A stretch of DNA of 64,000 bases from Bacteroidota bacterium (GTDB lineage Bacteria > Bacteroidota > Ignavibacteria > UBA10030), in contig JBBEEC010000059.1 of the NCBI GenBank assembly GCA_040880975.1, forward strand, positions 6,486-70,485, given 5' to 3'. The translations under genes were made by a program, and so were the position numbers. The first letter of the stretch is position 1. Every line of letters begins with the position of its first letter. The notes under the pieces are model-generated. The model did not search any database, was not told the DNA's origin, and was given only the letters and a program-made list of their open reading frames with translations. Positions 48,435 to 58,917 of this stretch are shown here, one piece after another.

Positions 48435-48580
48435 AGGGTGTAATGCCAGCGGTTGGCAAGACGAAACAGAACACAGCAACAAGAAATGAAAAATAAAAGA
48501 AGGGCTTCATAACGAGTAATGTTTTTCTGTTTGTTGTTCTATTTCTTTTTGATTTGTTCTTTTTTCTCTTTGTCCCGACT
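48421..48580 (-). repeat. Interspersed element B: inverted copy of element A (purine arm 48462-48505, loop, pyrimidine arm 48524-48574, GAAGAGTAAAGGGTGAAGGGTG head)
   Basis: The reverse complement aligns with 12148-12300 at about 85% identity across both arms. Confidence 0.6.
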
Positions 48581-48624
48581 CATCGTCATAAAACATCTCA
48601 CAGCAGCATAGAAAGAGTTCGCAA

Positions 48625-49284
48625 ATGACAATACCGCAAACAACAACAGGGCAGCTTGAGCGGGGACGTGGGGCGCTGATTCTTGTCCTCGGCATTCTCA
48701 GTCTTGTGATGTTCGGACTGATCACCGGCATTCCCGCCTGGGTGATGGGGCATACCGACCTGCGCAGGATGCGCGAAGGGAAAATGGAGAACACCGAGGA
48801 AGGCCTGACACGCGCGGGGATGATTCTCGGAATCATCGGAACGCTTCTTTCGGGCCTTATTATCGTGTTCATGATTCTCGTGGTCATTGGGATTTTCTCG
48901 TTCGCCGGAATGATGATCTTCGGAGGAGCCGCACTTGACGCCCAGGAACAAGCCATTGAGGCGCATTTGTATTCTCTTGCGCGCAATGCGCAGATCTATC
49001 GGGTTGACCAAGGCACGTACGAAGGCTATGAAATTCCGCCCGACCTCCGGCGCACGAAAAACGAAGTTTACACGGCGCAGATCTCAGAGGATCAGATTGT
49101 CTTTCGCGGCCGCGCCACCAACCGCCGCGGCAGCATCTCTGCTACTCTCGACAGCGATGGGAATCTGATCGATTGGGTGTATGAAGGCGAGTTTGATGAA
49201 GAATCGTTCGATCGCGAATCCATACGCCAGCAAACGCGTCACGGATTGAACGAGTTCACCTATCGCCTGGTGTGCATTGGCTGA
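48625..49284 (+). CDS. DUF4190-domain membrane protein with unassigned C-terminal soluble domain
   Basis: N-terminal GALILVLGILSLVMFGLITGIPAWVMGHTDLRRMREG is DUF4190-like. 2 further TM segments, then an about 100-aa soluble region. Confidence 0.6.
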   Translation: MTIPQTTTGQLERGRGALILVLGILSLVMFGLITGIPAWVMGHTDLRRMREGKMENTEEGLTRAGMILGIIGTLLSGLIIVFMILVVIGIFSFAGMMIFGGAALDAQEQAIEAHLYSLARNAQIYRVDQGTYEGYEIPPDLRRTKNEVYTAQISEDQIVFRGRATNRRGSISATLDSDGNLIDWVYEGEFDEESFDRESIRQQTRHGLNEFTYRLVCIG

Positions 49285-49312
49285 CCGGCTCACGGCTCAT
49301 CACATTGCCCGT

Positions 49313-50353
49313 ATGGCACGACTCGCACTTCTCAGCCTCCTTCTCGTCTCCTGCAGCGCGTCCCTTCCAGAGGGTATGCCTGGTTCCCGTCTTACGAAAC
49401 TTGGCGTCGTCCTGCCCGTTGGCCAGCCCGGCAAGTGGGATTCGGGAATGGTCGAGTCTCCCGTCGTTTGGTTTGACAGCAGTCGCGGAAGATACGGAAT
49501 GGTGTACACAGGATACGGCAGCATCGACGATACAAAGCGCGGGTACGGATTTGTCACGTTTCCTTCCGTCGGACTTGCCTGGAGCATTGACCTCCTCCAC
49601 TGGGAGAAAGATCCGCGCAATCCCATCTTCAAAGGCAGCGGCATTGAAGGGACACCGGATGCCGCCGGGACCACCGGCCCGTTTATCTGGCTTGAGAACG
49701 ATACGTATTACCTCTTTTACTTTGGAACCACCGGTAAGGGATATGAAAAGGGGACGAAGTCGATGAACCTTGCAACATCGACCGATTTGATCACGTGGGA
49801 GCGGTACAAGAACAACCCCATCATTGCGCCCTTTGGAACAGGATGGCGCCGCGACGCCATCTGGCATCCCAACATCGTCAAGGACAACGGCCGGTACTAC
49901 TTGTTTTTTAATGCTTCCGGCGTTGTAAACGGTTTGGCGGAAGAGTTTATCGGATACGCAACGTCCGACGATCTTTACGAATGGAATGTTGACGACACAA
50001 ATTCTCCTCTCATTGTGGGAAGCGCCAAACCCGGCGCCTGGGACGCAACCGGGAGGGCCGGGGACCCGAGCGTGTATAAGGTCGGAGATCTCTGGTACAT
50101 GGCATGGTACAGTTGGGATCGAAAACATTCCGCCGACGGGCTTGCCTGGACAACAGACGAGGAGTTTCCGCTGGACTGGCGTATCTATGAGAACAATCCG
50201 GTTTTGCGCGTCGGAGAACCCGGATCGTTCGACGCCCTGCACGCAGGCAAACCCTTTATCTTCAGAACCGCGGAAAAGCATTACCATTTTTACACGGCCG
50301 TGGCACTGGACGAGACGCGGCAGATTGCAGTTGCGATCGAAAAGCTGCACTAA
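49313..50353 (+). CDS. Five-bladed beta-propeller glycosidase-like lipoprotein (GH130 / GH43 / DUF377 superfamily)
   Basis: Lipobox MARLALLSLLLVSCSAS. Repeated W/Y-x-hhF blade motifs (YYLFYFG, RYYLFFNASG, LWYMAWYSWD) typical of the GH-J/F propeller clans. Confidence 0.7.
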   Translation: MARLALLSLLLVSCSASLPEGMPGSRLTKLGVVLPVGQPGKWDSGMVESPVVWFDSSRGRYGMVYTGYGSIDDTKRGYGFVTFPSVGLAWSIDLLHWEKDPRNPIFKGSGIEGTPDAAGTTGPFIWLENDTYYLFYFGTTGKGYEKGTKSMNLATSTDLITWERYKNNPIIAPFGTGWRRDAIWHPNIVKDNGRYYLFFNASGVVNGLAEEFIGYATSDDLYEWNVDDTNSPLIVGSAKPGAWDATGRAGDPSVYKVGDLWYMAWYSWDRKHSADGLAWTTDEEFPLDWRIYENNPVLRVGEPGSFDALHAGKPFIFRTAEKHYHFYTAVALDETRQIAVAIEKLH

Positions 50354-50398
50354 GAAAATATCGCTCCCTGAAAATCGACATCACAATTCCGATTTCAC

Positions 50399-50427
50399 TT
50401 GACTTCTTTTGCCCCCCGATGTATTTT
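50399..50427 (+). promoter_or_regulatory. Candidate promoter TTGACT-N17-TATTTT driving the zinc-ribbon/DksA-like pair through a ~200-nt structured leader
   Basis: Hexamers read from the sequence. The leader contains nested stems (CCCGCT..AGCGGG enclosing GTCTC..GAGAC) and a CCTTCGG tetraloop motif. Confidence 0.35.
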
Positions 50428-50635
50428 ATCTATGAACAAATGATGGAAACTTTGGAACAATCTAGTATGCGCCGCACCGTTCCTGTCCCCCGCTAGTCTC
50501 TCTTTTCTGCCGCACTGAGACCGCGTGAGCGGGCTGGTGCCGGCGACACTTCATTCACCGTAACGTTAAAAACTCCGATTCCCATCGGTCGTTGTGCTAT
50601 TTTTTGCGCCTTCGGAGCAGAAAGGAGCGAGTGAA

Positions 50636-50827
50636 ATGACACGCCCATTTGATAACGTTTGCCCCACGTGCGGAGCTTTCATGAGCTTCGTGCGACAACG
50701 CGGAAGTAGTGAAGGCAGCTGGTATTGTCCCGCGTGCAAGATTCAGCATGGCCCGCGGCATCAACCGGCTCAGGAAAAGCCCGACAATACAGATAATCCA
50801 GGCGGTAGAATGGGACGTGCTGCCTGA
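50636..50827 (+). CDS. Small (63 aa) zinc-ribbon protein
   Basis: AAAGGAG-N8-ATG. CPTC...CPAC cysteine pairs (MTRPFDNVCPTCGAFMSFVRQRGSSEGSWYCPACKIQHG). Confidence 0.6.
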   Translation: MTRPFDNVCPTCGAFMSFVRQRGSSEGSWYCPACKIQHGPRHQPAQEKPDNTDNPGGRMGRAA

Positions 50828-50855
50828 TAATTTCACCTTGAGCGTGGAGGAACCA

Positions 50856-51293
50856 ATGATCAAACAAGACAATCGGCAAATCAGAAAGCTCTATGGAAAA
50901 AAGAATCGAGAGTTTACGAAGAAGCCGCTCACGACGAGGGATATTGCCCGATTCAGGGCATTGCTCTTGGAATACCGCGAAGAAGTTCTCGAAGATCTCA
51001 AGAGCGAAAGGGAAACACTCCGATCCTCGAGAGCGGTCGATCAGAGCCTGGGGCCCTGGGATCCCGACTTCACCGGCGATTCCGTAGAGACCGAATCTTC
51101 GGAGTACGCCGTCATTCAGATACGCCGATTAACCGCAACGCTGGAGCAAATAACGGCGGCCCTTACGCGTTTGGAACAAGGATCCTACGGGAATTGCACC
51201 CGATGTGGTCTGGTCATTGAAAAAGAGCGCCTTGAGGCGATTCCGTACACACGCCGTTGCATGAGCTGTAAGACTGCTGTTGAAGCTGCTTGA
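50856..51293 (+). CDS. DksA/TraR-family C4 zinc-finger protein
   Basis: GGAGG-N5-ATG. Coiled-coil N-terminal region, C-terminal CTRCGLVIEKERLEAIPYTRRCMSC zinc finger. Confidence 0.8.
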   Translation: MIKQDNRQIRKLYGKKNREFTKKPLTTRDIARFRALLLEYREEVLEDLKSERETLRSSRAVDQSLGPWDPDFTGDSVETESSEYAVIQIRRLTATLEQITAALTRLEQGSYGNCTRCGLVIEKERLEAIPYTRRCMSCKTAVEAA

Positions 51294-51313
51294 CCGGAAA
51301 CTCATCTCGCACA

Positions 51314-51350
51314 TGCATAAATCCAGAGAGAGGGAGGATTTTATCCCTCT
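51314..51350 (+). terminator. Intrinsic terminator after the DksA-like gene
   Basis: AGAGAGAGGGA / TCCCTCTCTCT 11-bp stem, GGATTTTA loop, then TCTTGG. Confidence 0.65.
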
Positions 51351-51522
51351 CTCTTCTTGGCAATTGCACTGCTTTTTCCTACCCACCTCCCCCCATACCT
51401 GGCCAAATCCCGAAATCGCAAAGTCGCATTATGCCCGATTGATTCAGCAGAATGAGGCTTTGCTTTGAATCGGTACCTTCTTCGCTTGAACATGTACCTT
51501 TGATTTCACACCTTCTTCTTGC

Positions 51523-53208
51523 ATGAAGAATGAAAAATCCCTCCATATTCTCACCTTTCTGGCCATTGTCCTTCCTCTCCTCGTTATCGAGTACTTCAGC
51601 TACAGGGAATTTGAACGGGATCTATTAAATGGGGTCATCACCGAGCGGCAATCCGTTGCATCCCTTTCTGCCTCCATCCTCAAAGAGCGATTCGACCGCG
51701 TAAAGGAATTCGGTGTCTCACTTTCCACTCGTGTGATGTTTCGAACCCAAGTTCGGGAGAAACGATGGGAAGAGGCCATCACCGTCCTGCGTGATGTTCA
51801 AAAAGATTTTCCGTTTGTCGAGCGCATATTCCTTGCTGATACGCTCGGGACCCTCATGGCCGATTATCCCGCCCTTCCGGATGTCAAGGGGGAAAATTTT
51901 GCTTTTCGGAACTGGTACAAAGGCGTTCGCAGGCATTGGCAGCCCTATTTGTCCGAGGTCTATAAGAGAGCAGCTTCGCCAACCATCAACGTGGTGACCA
52001 TTTCCTGCCCCATTCGCGTATCGCCCAACGGGCCTGTGATTGGAATTCTGGTGCTGCAAATTACACTCGAAACACTCCTTGATTGGATCAAGACGGTTCC
52101 GGTTGGGACGGGAAGCGTGTTGTATGTGGTCGATCATAAGGGAAATGTCGCAACTCATCCCTCTCTGAATCTGCAAGGAGAAATTCTGAACATTGCGACC
52201 CGCCCCATCGTTCAATCGGCGCTTCGCGGCGATCAAGAAGTCCGGATTCTCCGCGATCCCGAATCGCGTCAGAGCCTTCTTTCAGCATGCGCGCCTGTGG
52301 CTGGGTACGGTTGGGGGGTTATTGTCGAAGAGCCGGAAGATTCGGCGTTTGCATCGCAGTATGCCTCCCTCCGGACGATCGGTCTCATCTACCTGGCCGT
52401 ACTGATCTTCACTGTCTTCATTGCATGGCTCATCGTTCGCTTTTTCATCGCAAACCAGCGCGCCAAAGCGGAGATCGTGTTCCTGAATACCAATCTGCAA
52501 CGACGCGCACAGGAACTGGAATCGGCCAACAAGGAACTCGAAGCATTTTCGTATTCGGTCTCACACGATTTGCGGGCACCTTTGCGTCATATTGACGGGT
52601 TCACACGGATCCTCGAGGAACAAATCAGCGCCACGGCCACCGAGGAGCAGAACAGGCTCCTGGGCATCATTTCTTCATCTGCAAAAAAGCTCGGACTGCT
52701 GATCGACGAGCTTCTGGTTTTCTCCCGGATGGCCAGGGCGGAGATGCGCCAACAGGATGTCCCCATGGATCGTTTGATCCGCGAAGTTTTGGAACTTTCC
52801 ATGAACGAGGTCCACGAACGCGGTGTCAATGTCTCTGTAGACGAGCTTCCCGCCGTTTCGGGAGATGAGACCATGTTGCGTCAGGTGTGGATGAATCTCA
52901 TCTCTAACGCGCTGAAATACACCGGAAAAACTTCAAGCCCGCAGATCCAGGTCCGCTACGCGCTCGAGAACGGCGAGCACGTGTTTTCCGTGCAGGACAA
53001 TGGAGCGGGCTTTGACATGCGGTACTCCGAAAAATTGTTCGGCGTTTTTCAACGCTTGCACACGATGGATGAATTCGACGGAACCGGGATTGGTCTTGCA
53101 CACGTCAAACGCATTATTACTCGACACCATGGTCGGGTTTGGGCCAGGGGAACCGTGGGTCGGGGCGCAGAGTTCTATTTCACCTTGCCGAAGGAGCAAC
53201 CAACATGA
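51523..53208 (+). CDS. Sensor histidine kinase (periplasmic Cache-like sensor, 2 TM, HisKA plus HATPase_c)
   Basis: H-box SHDLRAPL, N-box NLISNALKYT, G-boxes DNGAGF and GTGIGL. About 270-aa extracytoplasmic domain between the TM segments. Confidence 0.9.
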   Translation: MKNEKSLHILTFLAIVLPLLVIEYFSYREFERDLLNGVITERQSVASLSASILKERFDRVKEFGVSLSTRVMFRTQVREKRWEEAITVLRDVQKDFPFVERIFLADTLGTLMADYPALPDVKGENFAFRNWYKGVRRHWQPYLSEVYKRAASPTINVVTISCPIRVSPNGPVIGILVLQITLETLLDWIKTVPVGTGSVLYVVDHKGNVATHPSLNLQGEILNIATRPIVQSALRGDQEVRILRDPESRQSLLSACAPVAGYGWGVIVEEPEDSAFASQYASLRTIGLIYLAVLIFTVFIAWLIVRFFIANQRAKAEIVFLNTNLQRRAQELESANKELEAFSYSVSHDLRAPLRHIDGFTRILEEQISATATEEQNRLLGIISSSAKKLGLLIDELLVFSRMARAEMRQQDVPMDRLIREVLELSMNEVHERGVNVSVDELPAVSGDETMLRQVWMNLISNALKYTGKTSSPQIQVRYALENGEHVFSVQDNGAGFDMRYSEKLFGVFQRLHTMDEFDGTGIGLAHVKRIITRHHGRVWARGTVGRGAEFYFTLPKEQPT

Positions 53209-53232
53209 ACACGCCGGAAAACCGAGGATACA

Positions 53233-54579
53233 ATGAGAGCAATAGTTTTTACCCTTCTTGTTACCTTCGCTGCCCCAGCTGCCTCTCAACCAGTTGAGCA
53301 AACCACCAAGGATGAGCTTGCTACCCTCGTAAAAGCGGAATTCCTCCATTCCTGGAACGCCTATAAGAAGTATGCCTGGGGACAGGATGGCCTCCGCCCT
53401 TTGAGCAAAACGGCATACACCTGGTACTCGGTGCCCCTGTACATGACCGCCCTCGATGCCCTGGATACCATGATCCTGATGGGACTCAATGAAGAAGCCG
53501 ATTCGGTTCGCGAGTTTATCGCCCGAAACTTGTCGTTCGACCATGACATCTATGTCAAAAACTTTGAAATAACGATAAGACTTCTGGGCGGATTGCTTTC
53601 CTGTTACCAACTCTCGGGAGACGAGCGGTTGCTGGGGCTTGCAGACGATTTGGGTACACGTTTATTGCCGGTCTTCGATACGCCCACAGGAATCCCCTTT
53701 GTCGAGGTGAATCTCAGGTCGGGAAAGATTCGAAACCCGAGGACAAATCCCGGCGAGGTGGGAACGCTTCTTATTGAGTTCGGTACACTTTCCAAACTGA
53801 CGGGCAAGCCCATCTATTATGAAACGGCAAAGAAGGCCGTTGTTGAAGTTTACAAACGCCGATCAGAGATCGGGCTTGTCGGTACGTGGATGGATGCCAA
53901 CACGGGGGAATGGCTCGATCCTGACAGCCACCTTAGCGCTTGCATCGATTCGTATTATGAGTATATGATCAAATGCTGGCTGCTCTTCGGCGACCGTGAT
54001 CTTAAGGAAATGTGGGATACGAGCATTGTTGCTATCAAAAAGTACCTCGCCGATGAGACGGCGACCGGCTTATGGTTCGGGCATGCGGATATGTTCACAG
54101 GGAAGCGCACAAAAACCTGGTTTGGCGCTTTGGATGCATTCTTTCCCGGAACACTCGTACTTGCCGGAGACCTCGAGACCGCCGCCAGGCTTCAGGAGTC
54201 CTGTTTCAAAATGTGGAACCGGCACGGAATCGAGCCTGAAGACTTTGACTACTCAAAAATGGAAGCAGCCCGGCCGCGGTATTTTCTGAATCCGGAGATC
54301 ATGGAATCGGCCTATTATCTGTATCAAGCGACGGAAGATCCCCGCTATCTTGAAATGGGGAAAGCGTTTCTTGACAGCCTGATGGCCTATTGCCGCCTCG
54401 ATGAGGGATACTGTGAACTGAAGAGTGTCCTTACAAAGGAGAAATCGGATCGGATGGAAAGCTATTTTCTCGCGGAGACATTGAAGTATCTTTACCTGTT
54501 ATTCGCGCCGCCAAAAACCGTCGATCTCAAATCAACAGTTTTCAACACCGAAGCACACCCCATTCGAAGAACCTGGTGA
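53233..54579 (+). CDS. Secreted glycoside hydrolase family 47 (class I alpha-1,2-mannosidase)
   Basis: GH47 hallmark blocks (FEITIRLLGGLLS, LIEFGTLS, SYFLAETLKYLYLLF) and a signal peptide. Confidence 0.88.
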   Translation: MRAIVFTLLVTFAAPAASQPVEQTTKDELATLVKAEFLHSWNAYKKYAWGQDGLRPLSKTAYTWYSVPLYMTALDALDTMILMGLNEEADSVREFIARNLSFDHDIYVKNFEITIRLLGGLLSCYQLSGDERLLGLADDLGTRLLPVFDTPTGIPFVEVNLRSGKIRNPRTNPGEVGTLLIEFGTLSKLTGKPIYYETAKKAVVEVYKRRSEIGLVGTWMDANTGEWLDPDSHLSACIDSYYEYMIKCWLLFGDRDLKEMWDTSIVAIKKYLADETATGLWFGHADMFTGKRTKTWFGALDAFFPGTLVLAGDLETAARLQESCFKMWNRHGIEPEDFDYSKMEAARPRYFLNPEIMESAYYLYQATEDPRYLEMGKAFLDSLMAYCRLDEGYCELKSVLTKEKSDRMESYFLAETLKYLYLLFAPPKTVDLKSTVFNTEAHPIRRTW

Positions 54580-54580
54580 G

Positions 54581-55747
54581 TCATCGTCGGGATTGCGGAT
54601 TTTTGACCAGCCAGCGGTTCAAGAGATCGGACGTGCGATGCCGAACCAATTGGTAGGCGTTGTTCATCGCATCGTCGATCGAAACGGTTTCCGCTGTCAG
54701 CGAACCAACATCGGCGAAGATGCCCCGGCCACAGTATTGCTCCGGGGGACCTTCAATGAAGCCCGCGAGTCCGAGCACGGGTACCGAATTTCGACCTGCA
54801 CGTTCCAGGATACCCGCGAGCGCCTTTCCGAATTTCAACTGAGAATCAATCCGCCCCTCCCCTGTCAGTACAACGTCTGCATTCCGGAGATGCTGGTCGA
54901 ACCCTAGCGCATCCAGGATAAGGTCTACCCCTCGGCTCAAGTGTGCACCGCAGAACGCGGTTAACCCTGCTCCAAGGCCTCCCGCAGCACCGCCTCCTCG
55001 CAAGGGACGGACGTCGATACCCATCGACCGGAGAATGACGTCAGCATAATGGTGGAGTGCTCTGTCAAGAATCTCCACGTCGTTCCGCGTTGCCCCCTTT
55101 TGGGGACCATACACCGCCGAAGCACCATCGGGACCACAAAGAACGTTATCGACATCGCAAGCGACCACTATTTGTACGTCACCCAGCCGCGGATCGAGGC
55201 CGGATAGATCAATGTGTTCCAGGTGCGCCAACGCCTCCCCTCCTCGTCCGATCGGGATTCCCTTTTCATCATGAAAGCGTGCACCCAACGCCTCTGCCGC
55301 CCCGGCCCCGCCATCATTTGTTGCACTGCCGCCGATCCCGATCACGACCTTCTTTGCACGCTCATCCAGCGCGGCCCGGATCAATTCACCCGTGCCGAAT
55401 GTTGTTGTTTTTCGTGGTTGATATTGTTCCCGAGTCAGGAGGGTTAATCCGGACGCTGAAGCCATTTCCAGCACAGCTGTCGTTCCGTCTCCCAAAATAC
55501 CCCATGTTGCGACTGTCGGAAACCCAAGCGGACCGGTCACTGTTGCTTTCTTTGTTTTCCCGCCGGTGGCCCGGACGAGAGCTTCGACCGTGCCTTCTCC
55601 ACCATCCGCAATAGGGAGTTCGACGATAACCGCGTCGGGGACGACCGACCTCGCACCTTCGGCCATCGCCTGGGCCGCCTCAACCGCAGTCAATGTACCT
55701 TTGAATGAATCCGGTGCGATGAGAATTTTCATGGGAGAAAGTAACAA
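54581..55747 (-). CDS. Glycerate kinase (GlxK/GarK family)
   Basis: MKILIAPDSFKGTLTA N-terminus, typical of glycerate kinase I; full-length family match. Start could be 55747 or 55729. Confidence 0.85.
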   Translation of the reverse strand: MLLSPMKILIAPDSFKGTLTAVEAAQAMAEGARSVVPDAVIVELPIADGGEGTVEALVRATGGKTKKATVTGPLGFPTVATWGILGDGTTAVLEMASASGLTLLTREQYQPRKTTTFGTGELIRAALDERAKKVVIGIGGSATNDGGAGAAEALGARFHDEKGIPIGRGGEALAHLEHIDLSGLDPRLGDVQIVVACDVDNVLCGPDGASAVYGPQKGATRNDVEILDRALHHYADVILRSMGIDVRPLRGGGAAGGLGAGLTAFCGAHLSRGVDLILDALGFDQHLRNADVVLTGEGRIDSQLKFGKALAGILERAGRNSVPVLGLAGFIEGPPEQYCGRGIFADVGSLTAETVSIDDAMNNAYQLVRHRTSDLLNRWLVKNPQSRR

Positions 55748-55815
55748 ATCATCAGAAGAAATTCGCCGGGGGATTGTGTTTTGAGTTAGAGAAGACGAAC
55801 CCTATATTGCAGTCC

Positions 55816-58230
55816 ATGAAATCGCATTTCATTGTATTTGCTCTCCTGATTGGAGTATCGAAGGCATTCACACAGACAGTGACCGTCGTTGATAGAGTCA
55901 CCCGACAACCTGTCATCGGTGCGGCCTTGTTTTCTCCTGATCCGATCGCTTCGGCAACAACCAATGCTCTCGGACAAAGCGATATATCAGCGTTCTTCGG
56001 CTCGGACTCCATTGTTATCACCCATGTCAGCTACAAGACCAGGGCCTTCAGCTACGACCAGCTGAAGGATATGCGTTTCGTTGAAATGACGGAAGCCGTG
56101 ATACCCCTCGCCGAGATCGTTGTTTCGGCAAGCCGTTCAGAGGAAAGCCGCAGGGATGTTCCCCACTATCTGGAGACAATCCGCGTCGCCGAAATCATCT
56201 TGATGAATCCGCAAACCGCCGCCGACCTCCTCGCAATCAGTGGCGCGGTCTATATACAGAAGAGCCAGCTTGCGGGCGGATCACCCATGATCAGAGGATT
56301 TGCTGCGAACCGGGTCCTGTTGGTTGTTGATGGTGTCCGCATGAACAATGCCATCTTTCGGTCCGGGAACGTTCAGAACGTCATCTCTCTCGATGCGTTT
56401 TCAATCCAGACCGCTGAAATTTTGTTTGGCCCGGGGACGGTTCTGTATGGGAGCGATGCGATCGGCGGGGTTATGGACTTCACGACCCTTGATCCACGTT
56501 TCTCCGAGCAAAGGCATCATATTTCCGGAACCGGCGTCACCCGCTATTCCTCCGCCACCGGGGAACAATCGGTCCACGTCGATCTTCTCGCCGATTTCTC
56601 CTCCTTTGCATTTGCGACGAGTTTTACCTCTTCGCGGTTTGGAGACCTCCGTTCCGGAACGCATGGAAACGAATACTTTCTGCGTCCAACGTATCAGGAA
56701 AGAATAAACGGCATCGATTCGCAGTTGGTCAACTCCGATCCCACGCTCCAGATCCATTCCGGATACCGGCAGACAAATTTCATTCAGAAATTCCGTTTCA
56801 AACCGGAGACCACCTGGGATCTGGAGTACGGATTGTATTATTCCGCCACATCAGACGCTCCGCGTTACGACCGTTTGTCTCTCGATGCAGACAACAACGG
56901 CATTCTGGACTTCGCACAATGGTACTATGGTCCGCAGCACTGGATCATGAATCGCCTCGGGCTCTCGCGGTCAAATCGAACCACGTTCTATGATCATTTT
57001 CGATTGACGGCAGCGGTGCAGAATTATGAGGAGAGCCGACATGACCGGAGGACAGGAAATCCGAGACTTCGAAGCCAGACAGAAACCGTGGACGCCCTGT
57101 CCCTCGCAATCGACCTCAAAAAGCAGGCGGACGAGCATTCGGTGCTCTACTACGGTGTGGAAGCGATTTCCAATATAATCGGATCGCGCGCGATCGGGTT
57201 GCACATAGAAAACGGGTTCGCGGAACCAACCAATACGCGATATCCCGACGGGGCGACATGGAACAGTTACGGGGCCTATGCAAAGCTTAAGCACTTCGTT
57301 ACTCCGACGCTCACGATCAATGCTGGTTTACGATACGCGCTTCATAGCATGGAGGCGGAGTTTGACACTTCCCGTTTTCCGTTTCCCTTCGCTCACGCGG
57401 CAAACAGAAGCGCAGCGCTCAGTGGCAGTATCGGGGCGGTGTTCTACTCTAACAGCGCCTGGAGTTTTTACGTCAATGGTACAACAGGATACCGGGCTCC
57501 CAATATTGACGATATAGGCAAGGTGTTTGAGTCAGAACCCGGCTCGGTGATCGTCCCGAATCCCGATCTGAAACCGGAATATGCCTACAATATCGAAATT
57601 GGTTCGACCGGAAGGTTCCGTGAACTCCTGGAGGTCAATTGCTCGATCTATTATACATTCCTTGATAATGCCCTCGCCCGGAGAGATTTCTCATACAACG
57701 GTCAGGACAGCATCCTGTATGACGGCCAAAGAAGCCGGGTTCAGGCAATTCAGAATATTGCCAATGCTTTTATCTATGGACTCCAGGCGGGTGTGCGATT
57801 CCGCCTTGGCGACGGATTTTCGATCAGAAGCCAGTATTCGTACCAGTACGGACGTGAACAAGACGCGGACAATTTGAGCTACTCTCCGCTCCGCCATGCC
57901 GCCCCGGCGTTCGGATCGACACATCTCGTTTACGAACGGGAAGGGCTCAAACTGGATCTCCATGTTCTTTATAATGATGATATGCGATACGAAGACCTTG
58001 CACTTTCCGAACGAGGAGATCCGGCTCCCTATGCGAAGGACAAACACGGGAATCCGTTCGTTCCGGGTTGGTATACTCTGAACTTTAAGGGCTCGGTGCT
58101 TCTCGGTCCGCATTTCACAGTCAACATCGGACTCGAGAACATTACGGATCAGCTCTATCGACCCTATGCATCAGGAATCAGCGCTCCGGGAAGGAATTTT
58201 GTTTTGTCGCTCAAGGGAAGCGTTGAGTAA
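55816..58230 (+). CDS. TonB-dependent outer-membrane receptor with N-terminal carboxypeptidase-regulatory-like domain
   Basis: Signal peptide MKSHFIVFALLIGVSKAF; plug domain (GSDAIGGVMDF) and a 22-strand barrel. Confidence 0.85.
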   Translation: MKSHFIVFALLIGVSKAFTQTVTVVDRVTRQPVIGAALFSPDPIASATTNALGQSDISAFFGSDSIVITHVSYKTRAFSYDQLKDMRFVEMTEAVIPLAEIVVSASRSEESRRDVPHYLETIRVAEIILMNPQTAADLLAISGAVYIQKSQLAGGSPMIRGFAANRVLLVVDGVRMNNAIFRSGNVQNVISLDAFSIQTAEILFGPGTVLYGSDAIGGVMDFTTLDPRFSEQRHHISGTGVTRYSSATGEQSVHVDLLADFSSFAFATSFTSSRFGDLRSGTHGNEYFLRPTYQERINGIDSQLVNSDPTLQIHSGYRQTNFIQKFRFKPETTWDLEYGLYYSATSDAPRYDRLSLDADNNGILDFAQWYYGPQHWIMNRLGLSRSNRTTFYDHFRLTAAVQNYEESRHDRRTGNPRLRSQTETVDALSLAIDLKKQADEHSVLYYGVEAISNIIGSRAIGLHIENGFAEPTNTRYPDGATWNSYGAYAKLKHFVTPTLTINAGLRYALHSMEAEFDTSRFPFPFAHAANRSAALSGSIGAVFYSNSAWSFYVNGTTGYRAPNIDDIGKVFESEPGSVIVPNPDLKPEYAYNIEIGSTGRFRELLEVNCSIYYTFLDNALARRDFSYNGQDSILYDGQRSRVQAIQNIANAFIYGLQAGVRFRLGDGFSIRSQYSYQYGREQDADNLSYSPLRHAAPAFGSTHLVYEREGLKLDLHVLYNDDMRYEDLALSERGDPAPYAKDKHGNPFVPGWYTLNFKGSVLLGPHFTVNIGLENITDQLYRPYASGISAPGRNFVLSLKGSVE

Positions 58231-58254
58231 ACGAATGATTACATGAGATGCTGA

Positions 58255-58917
58255 TTGTTCCTGCACTCCATGAACCTTGAACCTCAAACCTCGAACCGGT
58301 TTCCTATGATCACTCCCCGGCGCCTTCACAAATTCATCGGGCTTGCGCTCCTTCTTCCCTTTTTGGGTTGGATTCTTACCGCATTCATCTTCTATTTTAA
58401 GCCCGGGTACGATGAGGCCTATGCGTCCCTCCAATTCAGAACATATCCACTCGAGAACGTTGTCATTCTACCTGTAAATCCCGACTGGCTGGAGGTCCGT
58501 TCTTTTCGCACGATCCTCGGAATCCATCTGTGCGTTCGAACGGTGAATGGCTGGTCGCAGTTCGATCCGGTGACACTCGAATCGCGGCCCGAACCCGCCG
58601 ATGATGAACTCAAGGTCCTTCTGACCGATGCGTTCAGTTCCAATCCCGATCGCTACGGATCGATCGCCTCGATGTCAAAGGGTGAGGTTGTTACGACGAC
58701 CGGAGTCCGGATATCATTGAATTGGCAGAGAATGAGTGTGTATCAGCGGGGATCCGACACCGATTTGATCGACCTGATGTACAGAATTCACTATCTGCAA
58801 TGGACAGGGATAGAAACTGTTGACAAGATACTCGGACCCCTTGGCCTTTTACTGGTCCTTGTTTTGGGTATTCTTGGAATCAAACTCGCACTCAGGAATT
58901 CAACGGCTTCCCCTTGA
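58255..58917 (+). CDS. PepSY-associated TM-helix protein (partner of the TonB-dependent receptor)
   Basis: Two terminal TM helices flanking a periplasmic PepSY-like region (IHYLQWTG motif). True start may be M18 (58306). Confidence 0.65.
   Translation: MFLHSMNLEPQTSNRFPMITPRRLHKFIGLALLLPFLGWILTAFIFYFKPGYDEAYASLQFRTYPLENVVILPVNPDWLEVRSFRTILGIHLCVRTVNGWSQFDPVTLESRPEPADDELKVLLTDAFSSNPDRYGSIASMSKGEVVTTTGVRISLNWQRMSVYQRGSDTDLIDLMYRIHYLQWTGIETVDKILGPLGLLLVLVLGILGIKLALRNSTASP

Noticed and set aside
49256-50350. 364-aa minus-strand ORF
   Set aside because: Antisense to the beta-propeller lipoprotein gene, which carries a lipobox and blade motifs.
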